From Glycera tridactyla (lineage: Eukaryota): a stretch of 64,000 nt of DNA. Positions 39,335 through 51,244 of this stretch are shown one piece after another (the first letter of the stretch is position 1; every line of letters begins with the position of its first letter). The DNA is taken from contig OZ286462.1 of NCBI GenBank assembly GCA_965644265.1, positions 106,082,001 to 106,146,000 of the forward strand, in the 5' to 3' direction. The position numbers were made by a program, and so were the translations under genes. The notes beneath the pieces were generated by a model. The model did not search any database and was not told the origin of the DNA. It saw nothing but the letters and a program-made list of their open reading frames with translations.

Positions 39335-39724
39335 TTTGCTGCCCGGTTGTTTTTTCTCCACATTTCCGCGTTTTTTGATTTGGTACTGGTTTAAGTTTGT
39401 GCTATTTTGTGTTGCAATTGGGAATGAGTGTTTTATGGTCCTTGAAGAAGGATTCTGAGTCCAATGACTCTATATTTGTCTACATTTATTTTGACCTCGA
39501 AGGGGGTCATCGTCCACGTATCATCAGCGCGAAATACGTGCTTGGTGGCGTGTTGTAAGCCAGCTGTCAAAAGACGGGGGAAATTAATATTATTTGGAGC
39601 CAATGCTCTTTAATAATCATCTGTTCACGTCAATACGTGTTGTCACGGCACATATTGGGCTTTGTGCCTTCATGTCCCGTTCACGGGCTGCCCTCTTGTT
39701 TCCCGCCATATTGCGGCGTAGCCG

Positions 39725-39920
39725 GATACCCGGAGTGCCGCTTCCAATCAGATGGCGGGATTGATGTGACGTCATCATCTGACCTCGTGGACTGGTCTGC
39801 GATGAGTGCCGCTTCCAATGAGCGCCTCGCCTCGTGTCATGTGACCGCGGCTCGCCGTTGGATTGGTCGACGGCCGGTCGTTGTCAAGGTGGCACGCCCT
39901 CCCCGTGCCTTAAAATAGAA
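39725..39920 (+). promoter_or_regulatory. Putative retroelement promoter upstream of gag
   Basis: 16-mer GAGTGCCGCTTCCAAT twice (39733-39748, 39804-39819), TGACGTCA 39767-39774, reverse CCAAT ~39862, CpG-rich. Confidence 0.4.
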
Positions 39921-40363
39921 TTGTTGCCAAAAAAGCTAGCGTGTGGCGGTGCGACAGTGCTTGTCGAAAATATCAACGTTTTGCCGTCATATTCAACAAG
40001 GTATGTGTTTCCATACATGGCACACACTTTTTGGTCTATGGGGGCGTTTCACAGTTGATTTTGTTCCTATTAGCCATGTTATTCCCACGTCAGTTAGGAC
40101 CATCGACCGACAGATTGTGACGCGCCAGTGATAGCGCCATTTCATTCTTTCCACCTTTCTTTGGATCGATACCAAACTCCTTACCATTTTCTCATTCACA
40201 TCAATTAGTCACAGTCTTGAACCTTCGTTGTCGCCTGTCGGCCTACAATTTCTATGCAAGCTTGGATTGCACAGAGACGTGTGTCACGTGCCACTCCCCC
40301 CCCCCCCTGCCCCCCCGCTTGTGCCTCTTGTCGGTACTTAAAAATCTTTATTCGGCAGGTGTC

Positions 40364-41695
40364 ATGATTCGGAAACGTCCTTCGAAGACAAAGTTGGCCC
40401 AGTCGTCCATTCCAAAGAGATCAGTGCAGCTGACGGACAGGCTTCTCTTCTCGCCCATGGCTAACGTGTTAAATCCACGGAGGGAGAACACTAGGTCAGA
40501 TTCGGATTTGGCATCTGATAGCGGGGTGGCCATCTCGCCCAATGACACGCCTGCCGCGGTGCCTTTGGCTGTGAGACTGGATAATGCGAATGGCATCCTT
40601 AACGTGGCTGGTTCTTCTTCTGGTCCCCGTGTGTCATCGTCGATTCAGAGTATCTCGTCTCCAGAATATGCTTCTCTTCTTGCTATCATCAATGACACGG
40701 CGACAGCTGTCAAGTCAGTGGCTTCCTCTGTGTCCGAATTAAAGAACTCCTTTGACTCACATGTGCAGGGGTGCAGTGCCGAGCACCCTACTCACACCCA
40801 AGCCGCTGAAGACGATGAGCCAATCACTGTTTTGAACGCTGCAGATGCTACAGATATGGGATTGGTGCCAGGTTTGGACCAAGGTATGGGTGACCCGCTT
40901 TCTGATCTTGCTGTAGCTGGTGAGCAGGATGATCCTGCCTTGAACATTCCTATCCTTGAGTTACATACCCCAGGACCATTAACTTGCTCAGGTCTGAAAT
41001 GTGGCGAAGTCGTGGACAAGAAGCTGATCAGTGTAATCTGGCAGGGATCTTACTTGAACTTAGCTTCTTTGCTACCAACTGAATACGAACCCAAATTTGA
41101 ATTAGCTTTCAACCCTTCCGATTCGTCGGGGGCTCTTTCTTTTGTGCAAAAGGGGGCTCGTACTATCAAAGATATAAATCAGTGGTCACAATGTTTTGAG
41201 ATATTCATGGCCGTCCTCCTAAGGAAGCCGGGCAACAGTTCTCTAGCAGCCGAGCTTCTTACTTACTACCGTTTCGTCAAGCAAATGGCGGCTGATCGTT
41301 TAGATTGGAAGTCGTATGACGAGGTGTATAGAAGGGAACGTTCATTTACTTCCCAGCCACCCTCATGGGACGCAATTAGGACCGATCTTTACACACGTGT
41401 CATTGCAAAGAAGACCGTGTCTTTTTCTAAGCCTTCATCTTCTGCCGGGGGATTCGATTCCAACAATATCACTATCCATAAGGTCCCACGAGCATACTGC
41501 TACGCCTTTCACAATCAAGGCCAGTCATGTAGCAAAGGCAAGGATTGCGGGTACAAGCACTCTTGCCCCACTCCTGGGTGCGATGCGGCCCACCCTGTTT
41601 TCAAGTGTAACAAATCAAATGAATCTAAAAAGACAACCAATAAAGATCGAGCTAATAAGCAATCTGATCTTGCTAAGATAGAGAATAAGAACTAA
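40364..41695 (+). CDS. gag: Gag-like protein of a Ngaro/DIRS (tyrosine-recombinase) retrotransposon, 443 aa from first ATG
   Basis: Uninterrupted ORF (open from 40217); YLNLASLLP, IKDINQWSQCFEIFMAV, WKSYDEVYR motifs; C-terminal C-x8-C-x5-C-x3-H finger followed by C..PGC...HP...C. Confidence 0.85.
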   Translation: MIRKRPSKTKLAQSSIPKRSVQLTDRLLFSPMANVLNPRRENTRSDSDLASDSGVAISPNDTPAAVPLAVRLDNANGILNVAGSSSGPRVSSSIQSISSPEYASLLAIINDTATAVKSVASSVSELKNSFDSHVQGCSAEHPTHTQAAEDDEPITVLNAADATDMGLVPGLDQGMGDPLSDLAVAGEQDDPALNIPILELHTPGPLTCSGLKCGEVVDKKLISVIWQGSYLNLASLLPTEYEPKFELAFNPSDSSGALSFVQKGARTIKDINQWSQCFEIFMAVLLRKPGNSSLAAELLTYYRFVKQMAADRLDWKSYDEVYRRERSFTSQPPSWDAIRTDLYTRVIAKKTVSFSKPSSSAGGFDSNNITIHKVPRAYCYAFHNQGQSCSKGKDCGYKHSCPTPGCDAAHPVFKCNKSNESKKTTNKDRANKQSDLAKIENKN

Positions 41696-42870
41696 ATTCT
41701 TCATTTTTTCTGTGTTTTAGGGTTTAATTACTTCAATGAAGGGCCCTTCCCTATCGCGTCAGCGCTCCCAACTCCCGTTTCGCCAGATGAGCTTGCCAGA
41801 CAATTACATGGGTATGACCGGGAGACAGCTTTGTATTTGGTAAATGGCTTTACCTTTGGCTTCTCAATGGGGAGAGCAGTTGGGCCTGTCTTTCAGGCCG
41901 AGAAGAATTCTCTTCCAGCTGAGAGAAGCCCTGACATTGTCCTAAAGTTGGTCAAGAAAGAGCTTGGTTTGTGTCGTATGGCCGGACCTTTCGTTGAAAT
42001 GCCGTTTGAGTACATGCCCATCGCCCCACTCACCATCAGGCCCAAAAAAGAGCCGGGGAAATTTAATACCTCTCATATCCTTATTCATGTTTATCTATCA
42101 ATGGTTTGATTCCTGACAGCGAAGCTTGTGTCAAATATGCCTCCGTGGGAGACGCAATTAAGTGCATTATGTCCATGGGAAGAGGAACTTATCTGTGTAA
42201 GACAGACGTAGTATCTGCTTTCAGGCTCATGCCCATCAACCCCAATGAGTACCATTTGCTGGGGTTCCGCGTGGGCGATCATTACTATCATGACAAGTGT
42301 TCAGTTTTTGGGGGCATATCCAGTTGCAAAATTTTCGAAACATTCGCGACGGCCATCGAATGGATAGCCAGAAACAAATTCGGTATCACAAATATTATTC
42401 ATTACATAGATGATTTCCTCCTCCTCAACCGCACGGAGTCCTCTTGTTTGACCTCTTTGCATATTTTCTGTGCCCTCTGCAAGCGTCTAGGGGTGCCCCT
42501 GGCACCGGACAAAACTGTGGGGCCGTCGAGAAGCCTGGTTTTCCTGGGTATCGAGTTGGATACCTGCGAATTTTATGCCACCCTCCCATGTTATAAGGTG
42601 GATGAATATGTCAATCGCATTGAAGCTTTCTTGAATTCAGATATTGTTACCCTGGCAGAACTACAGCAAATCTTGGGCTGCCTCCAATGGGCGGCCAATG
42701 TGGTTCTGCCAGGACGTCCTTTTCTCCGACGACTGATAAATTGTACATGCAGGAAAAGGTCACCATATTCCAAAATAATTCTCTCGTCTGAGGTCAAAAA
42801 TGACCTTCGTATTTGGCTGATTTCAACGGGTCTGACATGCTAATTGGTGATGAGTTCTACTTTGTCATGG
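41696..42870 (+). pseudogene. pol: Reverse transcriptase of Ngaro/DIRS type, frameshifted and truncated before RNase H
   Basis: LPTPV, GF..GF, KEL...RMAGPF, PKKEPGKF, KTDVVSAFR, FG..SSC.IFE, HYIDDFL (YIDD 42403-42414), LGVPLAPDKT, FLGIELDT; frameshifts at ~42065 and ~42825 (IWL/FNG). Confidence 0.93.
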
Positions 42871-45800
42871 TCTGCCTCTATTTCAATAATGAATTTCAGA
42901 ATCTTCTGCTCACCTCATTTATATGTTGTATTATTGTTATGTATTTGCATTTCCCAAGGTCTGTTATGCTATGCTTGCCTCAGTGTTCGTAGTCTCTCTT
43001 GTCTTGTATGGTTCATACTCACACCTTGTTATTTTTGTCTGTCTTGGTTCTTTCTCTTTTCTAGTTTTGTATGTTGTATGTTGTATGTTGTATCATTATC
43101 GTTTATAATTGAAAAAGAACAATTTAGCCAAAGAGCAGGTGCCTAACAAAAATCGGTAATCAATTTTCCGGGCATTCAACATTTTATTTTGAATTAATAA
43201 CAGAAACTTTTGTAAATTTTGGAAAACATTTTTTAACCAATCAGAAGCCAGCTCCTACAATATCTGCTGATCAACGTCTTGACAAGTGGTGCAGACGCCA
43301 ACAAGTTGGATCTAACTTTTTTTTCTTTCAGAATATACTGCAAAGATGAGTTTTGATGTAGTGGATCCCCGAAAAATGTTCTTATGAATGATTTATTCGC
43401 GGCAAACTGGATTTTAATAGCTTATTTACAGCACATTGACAGTTTACCTGTCCGCGCGCTCCGACGCGTCAATCTATTATCGCTCAGACATTCGGACCTT
43501 CCTTTACTCTACTATTACGCCCGCCGCTACCGCCGCCGATCTTCTCCGAGCGCCTGTGGGTGAGTGGCCTCCGTCCACTTTCTGCCAATGGTGTTTGTAT
43601 CTGGTACAGCTATGTACGTAATCCATACAGGATGAACATATGATAAATCATGAAAGAATGCAAAGCATGATATCACATTTATTCTTGTGCCTAAATACAC
43701 CAAGTATTATATGCAATAGAATATATTCAGTTTTTTCCTGTATTGATATAGACAGCCAGCTCCACACCAAGCACCATGCCATGTATGAGGGCTGCCTCTC
43801 TTTGTGACCCATCCTGCTATATCAATACATAGAGCTCATCAGAACAGCCTCTCATCATGCGGTCACAGTCCTGCAACGAGATGCCAATATGCTGGCAAAC
43901 ACATAGCAGAACATATCCACTTCAAAGAGGGTTGCCGTGTAAATATACATCCGTGAGCAACATCCAAAGGCCAATAATTGCCTACTTGTCTTCCCTGTTG
44001 ATAATGAAGCTCATAGACCAATATAAATTGGAGGATTCATTTGTATTAGTATTTCAATATACATATAGAACTGATGTTCTCACCCGGTGGTATCCTGAGG
44101 TCATTCATCTGATGCAATTGATTGGTCTTCGTAAACAGGTTAAACTGTATCGCAATGCATCTATCGGTATGTATGAGCTTACCTGCATTTTTTTCATTTT
44201 TTTTCCACCCGTAACACAAGAGTTTTCATCACTGAAATGCAGTTCAGTATGTGGCTTGGTCAGCAGTCTGTGCTCCCTGATATAGGTTGTACCCCTGATG
44301 CATCTGCCTCCAGAGTGCAGAATCTGATCGTAAATTTCGTGCTCGATACTTACTCTTACTCGAATTTTTCTGGCAGGAATACATGTAAGTATGTACTTGA
44401 TATATTAGGCGATGGTAAAGGAAAAGTGAAAAGAAAGCGGAATAGTTAAAGATAAGAAAGCGTGGGGCGCTATATTCAGGTTTACATTCATAAGGCTTTC
44501 ACTAAAACCAATGTAGCGATGTAAGCGAATGCATACACCATGAACCCAAGCACTTTCTATCCCTATTTTCGGTTCAGGACAATATTGTAGTCAACCATCG
44601 CCAGCATGAACTCTTAAATGTGCACGTCATTTTATATGGATCACTTTCTTGAGGGAACAGCCAGAGTTTTCTTGCCTGTTTTTGAATGTGCTTTTGTGCG
44701 AAGGCAGTGCATATCTTCCTTGTAATCTGCCTGTTATATCGATGCAGTGAGTTCATAAGAAAAGGCTCTTAGCATTTTGGCACGGGATGCCAATATTCTG
44801 GCTAACACACAAAAGACCGTATTCACATCACAGAGATTTCTGTACAAATATACATCCATGACCAACAACAAAATACCATCACTCAAACGTCTGCTAATGA
44901 GGTAGACAGATTGCAGTATCATATTTCGAACTGTATTAATGGAGTTCCATTCCAATTAGCTGTATTATCGATCTATACCTTACCAGCATCACAAACATGC
45001 AATTTGAATTTGGAAGGACCCTGCCTGGCCCATGCACAATTCAGTTGGATGAATGTGTGAGGTCCTGATTCGGAGAACAAATCTTGGCAGCGTTCAGGAC
45101 TTCTTCACTATTCATAAAATGGCATATTTATTATATCAATCATTGTAGGAGTCGAAGTTGAAGGCATCGATAGAATTCGCTACAGAATGTATGCCTTCTG
45201 TCAGTCTTAAAAAAAAAACCGTGAGAAATGTACTGACATTGCTCACAATATAGGCAATTGCCCGTGGTCAGTCATTTTAAACAGCATACCATCTAAATCA
45301 CTGGCAGTAGCAGCAGAGGAATCCAGACACACTATCCTATGACTTATTGATTCTCATCTTGTAGCTGATAGACCTGTCAATGTTGACATCCCATGTAATT
45401 GAGTGCTAATCATCTGCCTTTTATCATGGCCTATGTCTCATCATCGCCTTCTAGATCTTTTGGAATACCCCTCAACTACATGGGTGGACTCATTGGAATG
45501 TCTCTTATCTGAGTTTACAAAAGGAGGCGATATCCATGAAATACACAGACACTCGAAGTGTCATTCCTGGTACAAAAATGTTTACCACAGTTTGCCAACT
45601 CGGTCGGATGGCTGCTGATAATGATGGTCTTCGATGAAGAGGTGAATGGAAACCATTCTATGATCAACATCATGAATACTATCACAATTAATTGTTATTA
45701 ACCTCATGATTATCATTATCATCATTATCATTTTGCATCATCATCACTATCAACATTTTGATCATCCCCCCATACTTACCAATGCCCCTCTTTTCCTACT

Positions 45801-48800
45801 CAGTTTACATCAGATGATTGGTCACATGGAAGAAGGTTATTGAATCTGAGTCAGAATATGAGGTGTTTCATCGATGGGGGTAGCTACCACTCTCATGCTG
45901 CTGCTGATGCTGCATATTCTTATGCCTGTTCAGGGCCACTCCAGGTCAAAAGCAATACACCTTGCTCCACTCATATGAGCCATAAATGTCGCAGCACCAG
46001 ATAAGTATGGCATCCTGAGCTATGCTTCATCAACTATGTAGAAAGAAATGAATGAGCTCTTGGATATTCGGTTTATTTCCGTTTTCGATGATTCCCTGGC
46101 TGAATGCTTGCTGGTTTTCTTCTTAGATACGCAGAATATTCGAAATAATAATGATAGGGGAGAATAAATGGATCAAAGGATTGAGATTGATAACGTGAAA
46201 ATAGACCTTTCTATATTCAAATGTCAAGCTGAAACTCATTGCATTTTCATTCAAAACTAGACCGCTGTTGTTCACTCATACTGATGGCAGCCAGAAGCAT
46301 CTACGTGGGAAGGAAGCTCAGTCAAATTGGAGGACGATTCACTCGAGATGAATGGAGAAAAACCTGAGCCGAATAGCAAAGCATGACAACCAATAACTTC
46401 AAACTTTGATGCTGCACTTGAGGCCTCTGATCCCAAAAGAGGTCTCAGAAAAAGCCGACTAATGAAGACACGTTGTGTAACATTGATGCAATTAAACAAG
46501 CTTATTTTATTTCTGATGAGAATGTCATATTCCAATCACGTTGATGGATTACTTCCAAGTCTTGAGAAACTCCCATCCTATCTTGGATCACTGACAGATG
46601 AGTGGTGCCATCTCCACGCTGATTACTGATCATGATACCAAATCGAACACAGTGGACATGGTAGACAGGTGGTCACTGTATAGAGGTTGTCCCTGCTTGG
46701 AAATTCTGCTGGCGATATGTACCAGAATCGATCTAATTAATGCATAGCATTGTATTTTCTTCTCCAACGTCTTCTGGAAGTGGTTTTCATGGACAGGTTT
46801 CTCTTTTACAGAGGTCATTTTCGGAACAGGGTCAACAATAGGCCTCAAACGGCATAAGAGAATCAAATTTGAAATTTGCCTTTTTGAATGATACCCGCTT
46901 CACTCAAGCTTGGATATGCTTTTTTGCGACTGATTCTCTGCAACCACCATCAGTCTCACAAAACCTGAATATGAGATGATGCGGAACCAGGAAGTATTCC
47001 ATATGAGAAAACTGGCGAACCTTGTGAAAGCATATCCCACTATATGATTGACCAAAAACTGACACTCAAGTCCTTTTTTTCAATTTTTTGGGATCCACTT
47101 AAATTATGGAATTGACATTTGTATGCCAACAATGCCTTGATCTGCTAAATCAACGCCCAGCACATGTGCTTAATGCTATCATGGGTTTTTTTTTTAGACT
47201 TCATGCATGTGTGTTTTTTTGTGGGTGCTTGAGAAAAGTACCCAAACGAACTGAATTTTTTTGTAGAAATACACTGTATCGATTGGTCATGTAATCTGTT
47301 CCATTTCTGAATCATCTTTGAGCATTCGAAGGATACGAGGGCTATATGAATCCAGCCATTTTGTTATATCGATCAGTTATTTCTCACATTTCAATCAGTC
47401 ATTGGCTGTGTCCATTGTTCATCCCATCAGATTCCCTTCATTTGAATTATGGTCTTAGGATGGTAGGAGGATAGGGGCCAGGCACGTATCCAGCGAATAA
47501 TGGAATTGCCTCATTCATTAGCAGGTGGAAAGGAACTCTAACAAAAGGCTAAGTCGATCCTGCTGAAAGGCTATGACATGAATTATGTTCTGCAAAGGTC
47601 AAAGCCTTAAACAGATGCAGCACTCACTGTTAACCCTGCACCAGTTCATTCAAACTGTATGAGGAACACAATCCTGATGTACACTGTGGAACATTGGTCT
47701 CCCGATGAGGAATTCTGTGAATTTTCATGGCCACTACATGAAATACGTTTCACAAAGGTATAAATGTGGGATATTCCCCAATCTCAGATTTTTTTCAGGT
47801 CTGGTATCACAAAATTGGAAATGGAAATTTCCACTCTTTTGTTCAATCTTGGCAAGAATCCAGACAGATCAATTATCGAATACGCATCCTCCCTCTCTCA
47901 AGGGAGTTTCAAAATGAAAAAAAAACTTGTCGATTGATTGGTTGTTTGGTTGTACGTACCATCTTTAGACATGCCAGCCAAGGAATACATGAGTTGGTTG
48001 GTTGGTTTAATGTCACATCACATTGTGATGCTTATGCAATTGGCGTCATTGTGATCATCCAAGATCCTCCCTATGGATCCCAGGAGGAAGTTGAATAATA
48101 TTGAAAGTGATATACTTACAAGGAGTGTATTCTTAAATCTACCCAGTGTCTCACAGAGGATAGATGGAATGTCTGGTTTGGCTATATAAGAAATTGAGGT
48201 CATCATTCATTCATATGGCAATGGAGTGTTGATAGCACCACCAACCTGTGTCATGTCATGACTTTTCCTGGACAGTAGAGTTTGGTTGGATGGTCGGTTG
48301 TCCAACTTGAAAACGGCTCGGCAGCATGTTCAGGACTTCAAGTGTACTTGCCTCAGGCTTGTCTTGATTATATGCCAGACACACCTGCACGGACACCGGT
48401 ATTCTGCATTGTTGAAATGCCAAATATCGATCTCTGAGCCCTTCTATCAAAGGTTCTCTCCCCCTTGAAATACTACATCTCCATCGCAACAGCATGGATA
48501 TATCGTCTCTCAAAGGGATCAATTGACTCATACAACTGTATGTATGACTACATCGACTACTTTCTATATCTGGCTTGCCCGTTTATTTCTTGATCTATCG
48601 GCCGAAAAATTAGGGAATCTATATTCGAAGAAATACAGCTGAAGTGTCATCAAGGACACTCTGCCTGGATGAGCATATGATACAAAATACAAGATACAAA
48701 ATCATTATTCGGACAGGCATATACAGATTTGAGTATACATAGTCACAAAAAGGCTCGATATTTCAGTCTTATGGTTCAGACTGAAGCCTACACTTCCTCT

Positions 48801-49738
48801 GTAACCAGTTATCAGTATATTTACCACATCATTATTACCATATCTATTCCACATGATACTCAGAAAATTGATCTAGCACTGACTACTGAAGGGTGTTAAA
48901 GGATTTACCATGTTTTGTAAAATGACACTCACACATGTTTTGAGATACATGGTAGGCAAGTTATGAACAATTTGACTTCCACAGTCAGAAACATCATCAA
49001 CACGAATGACATCTTGCAACCATTTGTGACATTTGAGGGAGCAGTGCTCGAAACCAGTGATTCGAACATATCGAGAGTTTCTACTTCACTTACTTCCAAG
49101 ATATGCTGTTCCGTGGCAAATCTAACTCAAGCCCAAAATGCGTAATGAATATCCTAATGACATGGCTGATTTGATACTAAGACGTGACTATCGAATCAGT
49201 GATGTGCTATCCCCGAACTAATGAATAGCTTATATATTTAGTTGGTGGTGCGTCAGACTTGACCAAACCAGGATGTCCTGGAGCTTGCATATTTTTGGTC
49301 CATGATCTCAGACAAACCTCTCACCTGTCCGATCTGTCTTCTGTTCACAATTGGAATGCCATTTCCATGAGTTGCCTACATGGTAAAGTATCCCTGAATA
49401 CATTCACTCATTGGTTTGCTTGGTTCCTCAGATACTCTCCAATGTAAGCTTTCCTGCTCTTCAAACCAAGTCAGCTTCCATTAGAGATTCAGTGGGAGGA
49501 TTCTCGAAGGTTTTCCTTCATGCCATGCCTCAATCGATTCAGTGTTTCTCTGTCATAATGAAGGTGACAGAATGACATCGTGCTGTTTCTTCACAATTTA
49601 TCGTCCTTTGCACACCCAAGGAAGTACCGATACGAAACAGTATATCACACAATACATGCCATATTTATCATTCCTGCTATAACTTATTTCAATAGAAATT
49701 ACACCTTGAGGGTCTATCATGAATTTTCTTCTCTGCAG

Positions 49739-49800
49739 CTGCTACTTCACCTTTTGTTCGATCTCCTTATCACCTGTCGCTGGGGGACACAATGTTTTCA
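49739..49800 (+). pseudogene. Start of an Ig-like exon remnant; paralog at ~31960
   Basis: Acceptor ttttcttctctgcag (AG 49737-49738), phase-1 frame ATSPFVRSPYHLSLGDT; 32k copy ASSPFVRSSYHLSL. Confidence 0.3.
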
Positions 49801-51244
49801 TGAGCCAGACAGTTATTATTGTAGACTGCTCGAACCCTTTTACAGTAACATAGACGTCATCATGTGGTTGCACTCTCCGAATCTACGCACTTTCCCCAAT
49901 CACCGGGTTCTGGAAGAATAAGAACCACTCTCCCGAAAAAAGAGTGTAAGTCCTTCTCTGATCTGAATATGATGAACAGAAACTATATTTCCTATGAGAT
50001 GATTTTGCACATGTATGATTTTGAAAGTCAAACATCAGCAAAATATTGGTTGGTGGCACATGGGCAGTCACTCACACGACAGATGATTTTGAATAGATTT
50101 TTTTTATGACATGCTTCCTCACACAGATATCTCGCTCTCGTGTTGAGGCTTGTTTTTCTTTCTCTACATGCACGGATTCGGGAGGGCGAATATATTTTCG
50201 AATGAGTGAATAATCTAGTCTGCTTTCGGGATGAGACAATGGTTTAGTTGGTGGGTTGATCCTGGTTCAATATCAGGCAGCGCAATGGGTGTTGAATTAC
50301 GACATCCATGCATAGGTTCATTAAAGACTACTCTCTCAAAACCGATGGCAATAATTCATGAAATGCTCCGCAAATCAAGATGTCACTCTCGATATTGGAT
50401 GAAGATAATATTCTATACGTATCATCTGTGAAGGTTGTGTCTTATGTTATTGAGGCGATAAAATGGAAATAGGCAGAGAAGAGAAAACCCCTGGTACAGA
50501 GGATGCCATCGGCAATAGAGGACTTCAATGGTGATTCTTGCTAAGGGACAAATTTCAACACAGGCCACCTGGCTACAGATGACATCCTGTGATGTATCAT
50601 AAGTTTCACCTTAGACTTGGAGTTGAAGCATGATTTGCTTTGGGCATGATATCGGATTCAAACATCCTCTTAAAATCCAACATGACCGAGTTCTGCAAGT
50701 GATGTACCTAATCTATCAACCTGATTAAATCAGGACTTCCTCATATCAGAAGAGATAAGCCTGTCTGATTAGTCAACTCCTATTCATTAGTCGACGTCGT
50801 CCTCATATGTGATCAGAGGGATTATGTGGCATGATTCAAGATATCCCCGTGGAAGGGATTAGTCAGCATACATTTTTGCTTACATCACCTTGTTCGAATA
50901 ATTGATAGAGTGCTCGACTGGTTGGGTGAATAGTGAATTGGTTGAATGTTTTACATCACATGAGGAGCACCATCTTGGCTATGTTCGGGTGCTCGTGCAA
51001 TGAGCGAGAGTTGGATCATACAATACACCTTTTGTTTTGGCTCTTCGAAAAGTGGTGAACATTTTGAAATTCACAGATATTCAAGGTATAACTTCTGATA
51101 TCAGTAATGCTGGCCACATTGATACTGTGAACGTGAAATTATTCACAGGTCTTTCTCTAGGTCGGATATATCTAACCATTTTGTTAGACTGCAAACATGG
51201 CATCAGTTTATTGGACCTACACTTGTCCCCGTGGTTTGAGCTTT

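Larger units (their letters stand above)
36106..43558. mobile_element. 7,453-bp non-autonomous TIR transposon (P/hAT/Mutator-like ends) carrying retroelement cargo
   Basis: 36106-36176 is the exact reverse complement of 43488-43558 (71/71, starts CACAGGCGCTCGG); GGTGAGTG directly repeated at 36098-36105 and 43559-43566; no transposase ORF seen inside. Confidence 0.92.

Noticed and set aside
40348-41019. Antisense ORFs inside gag
   Set aside because: Expected shadows of a GC-richer coding frame; no motifs.
36106-43558. TIRs as the inverted terminal repeats of a DIRS1 element
   Set aside because: DIRS elements make no TSD and carry an internal complementary region; here an exact 8-bp TSD flanks the repeats and no ICR was seen.
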